This document shows positions 51,049 to 63,257 of a stretch of DNA of 64,000 nucleotides, in pieces (within the stretch, counting starts at the first letter, position 1; each line of letters begins with the position of its first letter). The translations under genes and the position numbers were made by a program. A model generated the notes under the pieces. It was not told the DNA's origin and searched no databases. It saw nothing but the letters and a program-made list of their open reading frames with translations. The stretch is from Chiloscyllium plagiosum (Eukaryota). Where the stretch lies: assembly GCF_004010195.1 (NCBI RefSeq), contig NC_057719.1, positions 75,656,064-75,720,063 on the forward strand, written 5' to 3'.

Positions 51049-51769
51049 TGAGTTTTCTTCAGCCTTAAAGTATTTTTTTCTAATGCAGGGAACAGAGAGA
51101 ACTCATGAGCCTGCAGTATTCTAAAGACTTCTGTCAGTCATGTTGAGAGCCCCAAGTTGCTCAGCTACCTGAGAACCATTCACGTAGCTGTTGGCAGGCA
51201 GAAGGCCTTTGTCATCAATAACTGGTTTCTAGTTCACAGACCAATCAGCTTCTTGTTGTCAGCTGAACCTTCATGTGTGCTTAGCCCTTGGTTCCAGCTC
51301 ATCTTTACCTTCTCCACTATTGCTTGAACCAGCATCTGTGTAAACAGTGCTTACAATGCCACATTCTTTCATAACATGCAGCAATCCTTCAACAAGATTT
51401 CCTTGGTCAGTTCATTGGCAAAAAATTCAGAATTAATTTGGACAAACATACAGAGCAGAACAGTAGTGGGAGAGGCAAACTGCGTGTGTGTTATATTTCA
51501 AGGAATCAACTGAGTTAAAGCAGTATATCTGAATAGGTAGAGGACAGTGCTTTAAAACAGTTGGTTTACCATATAGATCCATGAATAAAAAAAACAAAAA
51601 AAAGATACAGTCTTTAGATTCATCCTTTTCCAAGACTGGTTGTCAATTTCACCCGAAACAACTGATCGACTCAAGATTACAAAGTAGATGAAATTGCTGA
51701 ACTTGTGAATTACATCTCCATCTGAGATTGCCTCATGTTGGCTTTTGAACCAAATTAAAATAAACCTTT

Positions 51770-52240
51770 TTGGTGGATATTATTAAATTGGAGAGGGTGC
51801 AGAAAATGTTACCTGGTCTGGAGGGTTTGAGTTATAAGGAGAGGCTGGATGAGCTGGGACTTCTTTCACTAAAGCATAGCAGGTGGAGGGGTGACCTTAA
51901 AGAGCTTTATAAAATCATGAAGTGCATGGATAAGGTGAATTGCACAGGTCTATTCCCTAGTTTTGGGAAGTTCAAAACTAGAGGGCAAATTCTAAGGTGA
52001 GAGGAGGAAGATTTAAAAGGGACCCAAGGGGCAACGTTTTCACATAGAGTGTGGTTCATAGGTGGAATGAACTGCCAGAGGAAGTGGTAGATGCAGGCAC
52101 AGTTACAACATTTGGATAACTACACTAATTTCGAGGGATATGGGCCAAATGCAGGCAAGTGAGACTAGTTTAGTTTGGGAAACTTGATCGGCGTGGGCGA
52201 ATTGGACTGAGAGGTCTGTTTCCGTGCTATGTGATTCCTT
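51770..52240 (+). mobile_element. HER1/CR1 3' end
   Basis: DIIKLERVQK, LSYKERLD, RGDLKELYKIM. Confidence 0.9.
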
Positions 52241-52391
52241 AACTCTAATGATATATCAAACTATAAGGAGCTAAAATATCCTTCTCTAAACATATTGTTA
52301 ATATAACCTAACAATTGCCACAACTTTAAAGGAAACAATTGTTGTTAATAATACTAGCGTATGCTTGAGGTAAATTTTCTGCATGTTGCAT

Positions 52392-52545
52392 GCAATTACA
52401 ACATTTAAAGAGCATCTGGATGGGTATATGAATCGGAAGGGCTTATAGGGATATGGGCCAAGTGCTGGCAAGTGGGATGAGATCAATGTAGAATATCTGG
52501 CCAGCATGGGCGAGTTGACCGGAAGGGTCAGTTTCTGTGCTGTGA
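52392..52545 (+). mobile_element. HER1/CR1 3' tail fragment
   Basis: acaacatttaaagagcatctggatggg...gaagggtcagtttctgtgctgt. Confidence 0.8.
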
Positions 52546-53876
52546 CTTTATTAAGTATAAGACTTGCATGTTCTAACTGATACATGATAGCAACTTATGT
52601 TGGAGTAATGGTCATGGCAAAATTAAGGTTCAAGCCAGAAACTGGGTACAAAGCTTGACATCTGAACGATTACAATACCATTCTGTCAAAAGAAGCCATT
52701 CGTGACTCAAATCCTATCTTGAGACTTTACAACTCCTTGCCAAGTATAATCTTCAATCGATACGTCAGGTACTAGAAAGAATATTGGGCATTTTCTGCTT
52801 CTTGTATCGGACAACCCCTAATTTCCTTTCCAGTAAAGTGGACAGCTAGAGAATGAAGGGTTGGTGACTATGAAAATGGACAGCCTTACCATTGAATGAG
52901 TCTGTTTCTTCGGCTCTGCAAAATTACACAAACACTTGTCAGTAGTATTCCCTGATGGATGGTTGCTGACATTTAGAGATCGAATGTCTGTCATTCTTCA
53001 GGGGAGCACTAATGCATTCAGTAACTAGCAAAGAAGCTTATAGCATCATTGACATGACTGTGTCAGCCAGTGAGTTGAAAGTGGGGCATGACATACAGCG
53101 AAACTCACAGCAAAGTCTACTTTAGAGCAAATAAAGTCACCTTGCTCAGCAAACAGGGACTGCTTAGGAAGAGTCCTTCAGCAAACAGAAGTCATGATTA
53201 AAACTGTCATCACATTCTTTAATAAAGACGGTGATCTCTCTGGGCAATATGTTGTGATTGGAGATTAGATACATAATATTCCATTTCAGTTAGATACAGT
53301 GGGGGCTGACTCCAGGCAAGCTTGACAGAGCAATCACCCAAAGACCCTCATCCCCACCAGGAAGAGAGGATTGATGAAGCTGATTGCAGTTTACTGATTC
53401 AGTGTGACTTGTTTAACAAGCCATACGCACACAAGGAGCTTTCCTTTGTATGGAAGATATGAAAGCCTTAGCGCAGTCTTGCACGATATCTGCCTTGACT
53501 TTCCTAGTGCTATTATTAACTGCCATTGTGGCTCCAGAGCTCAGACAGATTGACGCAGAGATTTCCTTGGTCAGCTCATTGGCAAAACTTCAGAATCAAA
53601 CTTGGACAAACATACAGAGCAGAACACTGGTGCAGAGGCAAATGGAGGGTGTGTTATATTTCAAGGAATCGACTGAGTTAGAGCAGTGTATCACTGTAGG
53701 TGGAGGACAGTGCTTCTATTTGCCATTCCACAGCACCATCTCTATAGGGCAGAGCGACATCATGTCTATAAGATGAGTTAGGAAAGGCTTGATGTTACAA
53801 CCAAGTGGATCATTCAGTCTCAGTGCTGGGAATGTGATAGTGCCATCGTGTTTGCTGACCCTGTTGGCTTTGGTAA

Positions 53877-54105
53877 AGAAGAAACAAAAGCAGACGTTGC
53901 TGGGAAAGCTCATCTGGCAGCATCTGTGAAGGGAAATCAGAGTCAATGTTTCAATCTAGTGACCCTTCCTCAGAACGTTTTGAGGAAGCATCGCTGGACC
54001 CGAAACATTAACTCTGATTTCGCTTCACAGGTGCTGCCAGACATGCTGAGCTTTTCCAGCAACGTCTGCTTTTGCTTTTGATTTATTCCATCCGCAGTCC
54101 TTTCA
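53877..54105 (+). mobile_element. Older PLE-derived hairpin element with 10-bp TSD
   Basis: About 95-bp imperfect inverted arms centred on gacccttcctcagaacgttttgaggaag; TSD gctttggtaa at 53867-53876 and 54106-54115. Confidence 0.8.
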
Positions 54106-54729
54106 GCTTTGGTAACAATCTGGATATGCCCAGAGCCATTGTCAATTAGAGCAACTAGTGCCTGTTTCACCTTTTAGCTTTTGCTTTGTAAAAAGGAAGA
54201 GTCAGGTACAGAGCTTATGTCCTGAACCAACCAGCCTATCAGATTTAGTTATTTTTCCACTAATGAGAGCCCAGCAAGGCATGACAGGGGTCATCCCAAT
54301 TCTCATGCCCCAATCCCAGGATGAAGGTTGTGTTATTCAATCCCTGGATGGTTATCTGATGTTTTGTTTTGAGGACATGCTTTGGTTTGTTGGGAGCAAA
54401 AGGTCATTTTCAGGAATGATTGTTGATGACAAGGAGGTGACAGCTTTCATGTTTAAATCAAAAATCTGTTCAGATTAACGACGATAACAGGCACCAACTT
54501 TAAAATCACGTAAAATTAGTCTATCCTACCTGAAAGCAAGTGTATAGAATCTTTCTCCACCTGGCAGAGGGTAACGATACTTCATTTCTGCTTTATATTT
54601 TGGTATTCTGGGATCATGATATGTTGTGACTTGATGCAGATCAGTAAACCACTTAATTTTCATTACTGTGTACCTCGAAAATAACCAATTATTTTAGAAA
54701 AAGCAGGGAAACTTCCTGTGTATAATTTC

Positions 54730-55030
54730 ATAGCATCCTTATTGAATGGAAGCAGGCCATTCAGCCCATTGAGTCCACACCAACTCTCCAAAAACTATCC
54801 CCCACTCTGTAAACCTGCATTCATCATGGCTAATCCACCTAGCCTGCACATCCCTGGACACTACAAGCTGCTATATATGGTACGGCCAATCTGTCTAATT
54901 TGTACACCTTTGCACCGTGGAAGGAAACACATGCAAAATGTGCAAACTCCGCACAGGGCACCCATGGGTGGAATTGAAGCCGGGTCCCTGTGAGGTAGTA
55001 TGCTAACTGCTGAGCCACTGTGCCATCCCA
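54730..55030 (-). mobile_element. HE1 V-SINE, diverged
   Basis: Head, V-domain and tail remnants. Confidence 0.8.
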
Positions 55031-56659
55031 AACAGCCTCGTTGATATGTCTCCATGAAACACACACAGACAGACACATCATAACAAACATGATGCACATG
55101 GTGCAGTTGATTCACATACTGCTAGGCTGAGAAAGACCAAAGCTGTCACAGGGCTCTACCCTTGACCCGTATTCAGTGATCCCTGTCGGAAGTTACAATT
55201 TGGTTTGTCTTGACATGATGATTGATTAACCTGCTGACGCTTGAGGGATGATCATTTCAGCAAGGTCCTGAGTAAGCTACTGATTGTGTCAGCACGCTCT
55301 ACTATACCGAAATGGAGATGCTGCATTGGTTGGGCTCCCTAGCACTGAGTCAGAAGCTCCAGGCTTGGGTTGCCCCTTCCATGCCTTGATAACCTTGATT
55401 GCACAGCCACCTAGGTTTATCGTCAGCATGAAAACTGGGAGGCAGTAAAAATATGGAGAGATGGTCAGCCATGCTCGATGTGAAGTGGCACCTTCTCAAG
55501 CTATAGCCTCTGTTCAAGGAAAAATAAGCCACAGAAGACTCACCTAAGCATATGTTTCATCTATCTTGTGTGTGTTTAGATGCAGAAAGTCTTAGCTTCA
55601 GGAAAGAAAGGGGGATAAATGGGAGAAATGTTAAGGTAAATCAGACTGTTTGAGGTTCAGCCGTAATATTTCAGAAGACTATGAAAACAAAGCAAGTTTG
55701 CATCCTATATACACATTCTATTTAAAAATAGAGCTTGAATTCCTTACGAATGATCCATGATCTCACTCTAGTCAATTATACAGTGTGTTTTTGGGGATCA
55801 CAGGCAGGAGAGTTAATCAACAGATCAGTGCCCATTTGAATAATGTAATTATTTGTGCATGGTCCATTATATCGTTCACAATTACAGCCTTTTACATGAG
55901 ATGTCCACAACACTGCAGTGGTGGGAAAAGCTATAGCTAGTATAGATTTTCTTGACATGTGCCTTGAGGGGAATACATAGCTAGGACTTGAGTTTGCCCA
56001 TTCATGCAGATAACATTTCAGACAGTTAATTCATGTCAAATAAGCTATTTTTGTCTGATCTCGCTCTCAATTTTTTTTTGCCATTGTTTATTTAATTTCC
56101 TGTTGCATAATGATATTTATCAGGATGTGTATGTTTACAGTTCAGGAATTTCTTAAACAGTGGTGAAAGAGCCAGAGAGAGGTTTACTCTGAGGCATGCT
56201 GATTCTGTGAATGCTAACCACAGGGAGCACTTGGTCTCCATCCTTTGACATTAGCCAGAGATTTCTGGAGGAGGGTTGTACTTACAATAATTGCAGGCTG
56301 CGACAGCCCTTTAAACTAGGAGGGAGAGATGGGATCCACATGTCTAGTATGATTCTTTCATCAGTCAGGTATGCATTTGTTGTGTGATAGCCTCCATTAT
56401 ATTTACATCGTGTCTTTGGGCTTGATCCTTTTTATGACTTTTTTCCGACTAATTCTTTGTTTTCCCAATATTTTGCTCTCATTTGGCTTGAAATGTCTCA
56501 CAGCCCAATGCACAGCCTTGGTTGTTCTGCCATCAATACGCTCTATCGGATGAGCGATCATCTACACGTGTCAATATCTTTATTGAAAGAGGTTTTGCCC
56601 CTCTCTCAGCACATGTGCTCTCACGCAGGATCCTATACATGTAAGACAATCCTGATCTT

Positions 56660-56965
56660 TGGGTGGCACAGTGGCAGAGTGGCTCAGTAGTTAGTACTGC
56701 TGCCTCATAGCACCAGGGACCCGGGTTCCATTCCAGCCTTGGGAGACTGTGTGGAGTTTGTCCTCATGTGTGCGCGAGTTTCTTCCCATAATCCAAGGAT
56801 GTGCAGAATTGGCCACGCTAAATGCCCATTGTGTTCAGGGATGTGTAGGTTAGGTGAATTAGTCAGAGGTAAATGTATAGTAAAGGGGAGGGGAAAGGCT
56901 CTGGGTGGAATACTCTTCGGACTTGTTGGACCACAATGGCCTGTTTCTACACTGTAGGGATTCTG
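56660..56965 (+). mobile_element. HE1 V-SINE, diverged
   Basis: gtggctcagtagttagtactgctgcctc head; tail cctgtttctacactgtagggattct. Confidence 0.85.
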
Positions 56966-57867
56966 TGAACTTAAATGTCTAATCCTTTCTTTGATGAGAT
57001 CACCTTTCAGTCATGTCAAGATTCAGTGTGGTCACATACTGATAAATAATTTCCCTCTGTCCCTTGAACTCTGATGTTGAATAAATATTGTTCACAATTA
57101 ACATTAATATGCAGCTCAAAGTGTGCCTTGAAATCCTGCAAAAGCTTTCCCTGTCTGACTTTGCTGCTGCTCAGTGAGATATAAATTGCATTGTAGGCTG
57201 TAACCCTCCAGCACTGCCCGCAGCTTTGCAACTCTTATAACTCACCTGGTTTTTAATGCTGTTATGCTTTCATAGCTTTATTACTGAAAGCAGCAGAAGA
57301 AGTCAATTTTGGCTTATATCCCTACAAAAGAAATCAGGTTAGTTATTTGAAAAACCATTTATCGTACTTTTGGTTGCACTTCAGCACCACGCTCCTGATC
57401 TTTGGGCATCTCGAGCTGCGGACAGATCAGAGGGCCTCCTCGTGAGTCTGTTTCTGGGCCTTCCCAGGCTGGCAATGAACAGGTCCAGATAGCGTGCTGT
57501 GGAAGGGTTGTATCTGCCAACTGTCTGTCGCTTTACCGTAGTTCTGTTTGTGCCCATGTGTCCTTAGCGAGAAAGTACACCGTGTGCATCAAAGCTGTTG
57601 ATGCCTTTCAAGAGAGTTGGCCACCATGGGGAAATACAATGCTTTATTTCCCTCTCCAAATCTATTTTGATTTAATCCCTTTCCCCTCTCTGTACCCCTT
57701 CCTCACTTTGATGGTTTGCATTGCTTATAAAGGTCTTTCCAAGCAAAGTTCTAATTGGCTACACAGTGATTACTGGTGATGGTTAATATTTTAAAAATTT
57801 GGCGGTGGGAAAGCCATTTCGTTGTGTGTGATACCACTTCCAGAAAGGGAAAAGAAAAACTGACCCA

Positions 57868-57987
57868 AGGGCTCCTGTGGCACACTGGTAGTGTCCCTAC
57901 GTCTGAGCCAGGAGGCCTGTGCTCAAATTCCAGCTGATCCAGACTTGTGTAATAATGTCTCTGAATAGGTTGATTTTAAAAAAAACA
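57868..57987 (+). mobile_element. Short tRNA-derived SINE
   Basis: gggctcctgtggcacactggtagtgtccct...gctcaaattcc, with an A-rich end. Confidence 0.5.
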
Positions 57988-59759
57988 TAGACCCAGGGAA
58001 CACCTAGCCCTGGGCTGGGACAAGCTCACATATGCTAAGAGCAGTGGCTCTATTTTAGTGTTCAACAATAAATAATGTTCCTTTCCAGTCAGGCGTCCTG
58101 AGTTACCACAACCCCTTTCATTTCCACGGCAGCAGTGAGTGGAAAATTCTCACCCACTTTGACTCAGCCAATAATTCAAACTTGCAAACTGTTATTCTTT
58201 CACTTCTTCCTTGATGTTTCCATCAATTGTTAGCTCTGTTTGCAAATCCACGTCTTCAGTCGCATCACCTTGACACCATGTTCCAAGTAATATTTGCTTA
58301 ATGGTTCCCATAAGCTGTACATAAAGGCATGTACAGCACAGCTATTGGCCGTATGGCTCCAGCAAGTCTTGGAACTAAAGCATTTCTCCAAACAACTACC
58401 GTCTCACCTTTCTCTTCCAGTGGTAATAGAAATGATTCTCACCATCCCAGTCTATCTGAAAATGTGAGATAAAATCTCAGTCTTAATGGATGGTAGACAC
58501 AATCAGTAACAGAAGATGGCAATCTGCAAGCCGTAACATGAGAGCATTTGAACTGCTTGTCAGATGTCATATTTAATTTGGTGCAGTTAATTATCTTTTC
58601 TGCAGGTGTTTCCCAAGCAAATGAGAAAGGTAGTCATTTAGAACATTAAGAATTCATCACCAACAAAAACTACATTATTGACATCAGAATCAGATTCATT
58701 TTATAGTGTGCCACTTCAAAAGCATGCTTTGTAATCACATTTTTTTAAAAAAAATGCAAACAGTACAAGGCCAAAAATTGTGACCTGGAATCAGACTTAC
58801 AGTCCAAACTTTGACCTTATCCTTTGACAGTTTGTTCACCAAACAATTAAATTCTGTTTGACCCCGCAGCTTGGCTGAGCCATGCAGCTCACCATCAAAA
58901 TTCGAGGTAAAAGTCAGTAAGATGGAACAATGTCAGTCATACAAGTCAATCACTTGTCTTTTGCAAGCACAATGCAAAAAGGCAAAGCTTTAATAAAAAA
59001 TCAAGTTGAACTCTGTTCTCCCCTAGAAGAGCATAACCATTGTGGCCTTAAAGGGACATACTAATTGACAAATAGCCGCATACCTGAATATTACACCATA
59101 CATCATAGTCCATACGCATGGTGTCTTTATGAAACAACACGTTCTCTGTCTTGAATTGAGATGTCCCATGAGAGAAATGCTTGTCAATGAATGAAAATTG
59201 TGAAGTTGCAATGAACAAGTATGTAAGTACAAAATATTATTGTGATGTTAATTCTTCATTTGACACTTCATTTACTTTGTAATTACTGTGCTAAGTTATT
59301 CGGGTGTTAACAATGGTTATTGGTGGAGTTACATGCAAACATTGTACAATAGCAGAGATACCGGTGTCAATTAATGTTATAACTTCTGTTATTATCTCAG
59401 AACATATCTATAAAACTACAGCCCGGATAGTTTAAGAAAATGTTCTCTCTCTCAACTTGGTATGGCGGCTGCTGAGTATCTGGTAATAGATACTTTGATC
59501 ATATCCGGTGTGAGAAAATGTTGACCAGCATGTTTCCACCCAAGTCAAGTTCCTGTTTTCTTTGGTCAGTACTTCAGGCCCCCTTCGTATGAATGCAGAT
59601 ATTGCCCAAATGTAACCAGTTTAACCAGCACACATACACAGCAATATTTCACACTAGGTGACTGCTGGTTCTGAGACACCTTCATCTTGCGAAGGTAGGT
59701 GAGTCACAGTGAAATAGACTGTCCAACAGGTCCCTTTACTGAAGAAGGTTGACTTTTTT

Positions 59760-60060
59760 TTGTTCACTCATGGGTTGTGGGCATCATTAGCTGGGCCAGT
59801 ACTTGTTACTTGTCCCCAGTTACTCTTCAGAAGGTGGTGATGAGCTGTATTCTTGAACCGCTGCAGTTCATATGCTGTCGGTGAACACATAGGGAGTGAA
59901 TTCCAAGACTTTGACCCAGCAATACTGAAAGGAATGGTGATGTATTTTCAAGGCAGGATAGTGAGTGGCTTGGAGAGGAATTCACAGGCAGTGGTATTCC
60001 CTTATCCTTCTCGATGGAGGTGGTCTTGAGATTGGAAGGTGCTCTGAGGAGCATTGGTTA
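59760..60060 (-). mobile_element. Shark LINE 3' end, candidate partner of the 1735-type SINE
   Basis: Terminal segment resembles the SINE tail; upstream part matches 3490-3668. Confidence 0.7.
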
Positions 60061-60169
60061 ATTTCTGCCTCTGACTAATTCTGACCAATCAATCACCAAC
60101 AGTGGCCCTGACGCTTGGTGTGTAGCAGATGGGCTGGATTAGCTATTTGGTGAATTAGAATAGCATGGG

Positions 60170-62890
60170 CACAAAACATTTGGGCTCAAAGATTGGTGTG
60201 GGAGAAATGGGTGTGAATTCCTGGGACATTGGCACCAGTACTGGGGAAGGAGGGAGCTGTTCCGAGGGGACAGGTTCTACCCGAAACATGTTGGGACCAG
60301 AGTCCTGGTGAATTGCATCGGGCTTTAAAGTAAAGAGTGGGGGGTGAGGGACGAGTGGGTGGGTCACTTAATGCATGGAAAATTATGGAGAAAGTTAAAG
60401 GGGTGGATGGCTCAGCGGTGATTAAAGTTTCAGAACAAATACTAAGACAGAGAGTATGCGAAGGGTGAGGTGTCCAACATCAGGCACAACAGATGAGGGT
60501 ATAAATATGAGAAGGGAGCAATCAATGCAGCCCTGAGGGTGTTGTTCTTAGAAGCAGTATATGAAACAAGGTAAATTGTGCCTGTTGTTGTGGGTATCAC
60601 AGAGACATAGCTAATAGGGGATCAGAGCTGGCAACTAAATATCCAATGAAAAACATCCTATCAAAAGTATAGGCAGATAGGCAGAGGGTGAGGATTGTCT
60701 TGTCAGTAAGAAATAAAATTAAATCAATAGCAAGAAGTGATATTGAGTTGGAAAGCATAGAATCTGTGTGGGTAGATTTGAGGAACTGCAGAAAAGACCC
60801 TGATGGGAGTTGTATGCAGGCCTCATAGAAGTAGTCAGGATGTAGGGAAGAAAACAAATTGGGAGATAGAACAGGCATGTAATTGAGGCACAATTATAAT
60901 ATTCATGAGGGACTTCAATATGCTGGTGGATTGGAACAATCAGACTGGTAGTGGATTTCAAGAAAAGTAATTTGTGGAATGTCTATGAGATGTTTTTCTT
61001 TGGAGCAGCTTGTGGTAGAGCCCACTGGGGAACAGGCAATATTGGATTTGGTGAGGTGTAATGAGGCAGACTTGATTAGGGAGCTTAAGGCGAAGGTACC
61101 CCTAGGGGGCAGTGACCGTAATATGACAGGATGCATCCTGCAGTTTGAGAGGGAGAAGCTAGAATCAGATGTAACATTATTGCAGTTGAGTAAAGGTAAC
61201 ACGAAAGATGTGAGGGAGGAGCTGGCCAGAGTTGACTGGAAGGGGAGCATAATAGGAAGACGGTGGAGCAGCAATGGCAAGGGTTTCTGGGTAATTCAGG
61301 AGGCACAGCAGAAATCCATCCCAAGAAAGAATAAATATGCTAAAGGGAGGCTGAGGCAGCCATGGCTAACAAGGGAAGTCAGGGACAGCATAAAACCGAA
61401 AGCAAAAGCATTCAGTATGGTGAAGATTAGTGGGAAACCAGAGGATTGGGAATCATTGAAAAAGCCAGCAGAGGACAACTACAAAAGCAATAAGGGGGGG
61501 AGAAGGTGAAATGTGAGGGTACACTAGCTAGTAATATGAAAGAAGATTGCAAGTGTTCATTTAGATATCTAAAAGATAAAAGAGAGAGAGAGACAAGATT
61601 GGACCACTGGAATATGAAGCTGGAGAAGGAGTAATGGGGAACAAAGAACTGGTGGGGGAATTGAATAGGCACTTTGCATCAGTCTTCATGGTGGAAGAAT
61701 CCAGCAGTATATCACAGCTTCAAGAGAGTCAGAGGTGAGTGTTGTGGCCATCACGAGGAGAGAGTGCTGGGGAAGCTGAAGGTGGATAAATTACCTAGAC
61801 TAGAAGGACTATACCCCAGTTACTGGCATGGATAAGGATTGGCTGACTGGCAGAAGGTAGAGAGAGAGAGAGAGACAGGACGATGAGGTCTTTTCCAGGA
61901 TGGCAGGTGGTGACTAGCAGAGTTCTGCAGGGGTCTGTTCTGGGATCACAACTGTTCACGTTGTACAGCACCAATCTGGATAGAGGAACAGAGGGCATTG
62001 TTGCTAGGTTGCAGATGACGCAAAGATAAGTGGAGGGGCGGGTAGTGTTGAGGAAATGGGGTGGCAGCAGATGGTCTTGAACAGACTAGGAGAGTGGGCA
62101 AAGACATGGCAGATGGAATACATTGTGGGAAAGTTTGAGGTTATGCACTTTGGGTAAGAGGAATAGAGGTATTTTCCAAGTGGGGAAAGGCTTCAGTTTT
62201 CTGAAGCACAAAGGGATTTTGGAATGCTACTTCAGGACTCTATTAAGTTTAACATGCAGCTTTTATTGGCAGTTAGGAAGGTAAATGCAATGTTAATATT
62301 CATTTCAACAGAAATGTATTGCTGAGGCTGTATAAGGCTCTGGACAGATAGCATTTGGAATATTGTGAGCAGTTTTTGGCCTCTTATCTAAGGGTGTACA
62401 GGCATTGGAGTAGGTCCAGGGAGGGTTTACGAGAACAATCCTGGGGGTGAAAGGCTTGTCGTATGAGGTGTGATTGAGTACTGCGGGTCTGTACTGGATG
62501 GAGTTAAGAAGAATGAGGGAAAATCTGATTGAAACTTGCAGAATACTGAGAGGCCTATATAGAGTGGATGTGGAGAAGGTATTTCCACTAGTAAGAGAGA
62601 CTAGGACCTGAGGGCACAGGGTCAGAGTGAAGGAGTGACCCTGCAAAACTGAGACAGGGAGGAATCTCTTCAGCCAGAGGGTGGTGAAGGCTGTGGAGTT
62701 CATTGCTGTAGAAGACTATGGAGGACAACTCATTGAGTGCATTTAGGACAGAGAAAGATAGGTTATTGTTCATTAAGGATTAAGGGGAGAAGGCTGGATA
62801 ATGGGATTGAGAAACATATCAGTTGTGATTGAATCGTGGAGCAGGCTCGATGGGCCAAATGGCCTAATTCTGTGCCTGTGTCTTATGGAA
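60170..62890 (+). mobile_element. CR1 LINE remnant: end of ORF1 (SGNH-esterase-like), endonuclease, RT with internal deletion, 3' UTR
   Basis: WLKDWCGRNG..FLGHWHQYWGRRELF; GITET, IESVWVDLRN, DFN, AILDLV, LGGSDRN; later VLQGSVLG, ADDAKISG, WQMEY, LEYCEQF. Confidence 0.92.
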
Positions 62891-63047
62891 AGTAGTCACT
62901 GGGTGAACTAAAGTCATCTCCCTTTGCTGAATTGTTTGGCAAAAATATATATACATTTAAACTTCAGATTGGTTGAAGCTTCCATGTTTTAAGTTATATG
63001 TTGCACAGGATCAGGAACCCTTATAAAGCAGGTTTGTATCCTTAGGA

Positions 63048-63257
63048 GCTGAAAATGTGTTGCTGGAAAAGCGCAGCAGGTCAGGCAGCATCCAGGGAAC
63101 AGGAGAATCGACGTTTCGGGCATAAGCCCTTCTTCAGGAAGGGCCTATGCCCGAAACGTCGATTCTCCTGTTCCCTGGATGCTGCCTGACCTGCTGCGCT
63201 TCTCCAGCAACACATTTTCAGCTCTGATCTCCAGCATCTGCAGTCCTCACTTTCTCC
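63048..63257 (+). mobile_element. Young PLE-derived hairpin element (87-bp arms, 2 mismatches, ~33-nt tail, 15-bp TSD)
   Basis: Arms 63046-63132 and 63138-63224; TSD tttgtatccttagga at 63033-63047 and 63258-63272. Confidence 0.9.
63108..63139 (-). ncRNA. Minimal type I hammerhead ribozyme
   Basis: UC-CUGAAGA-A-GGGC-UUAU-GCCC-GAAA-CG-UC-GA: intact core, 4-bp stem II, short stem I. Confidence 0.75.

Noticed and set aside
52600..53300. Endogenous RNA-virus element
   Set aside because: No recognisable viral motifs; a decayed LINE is the simpler explanation.
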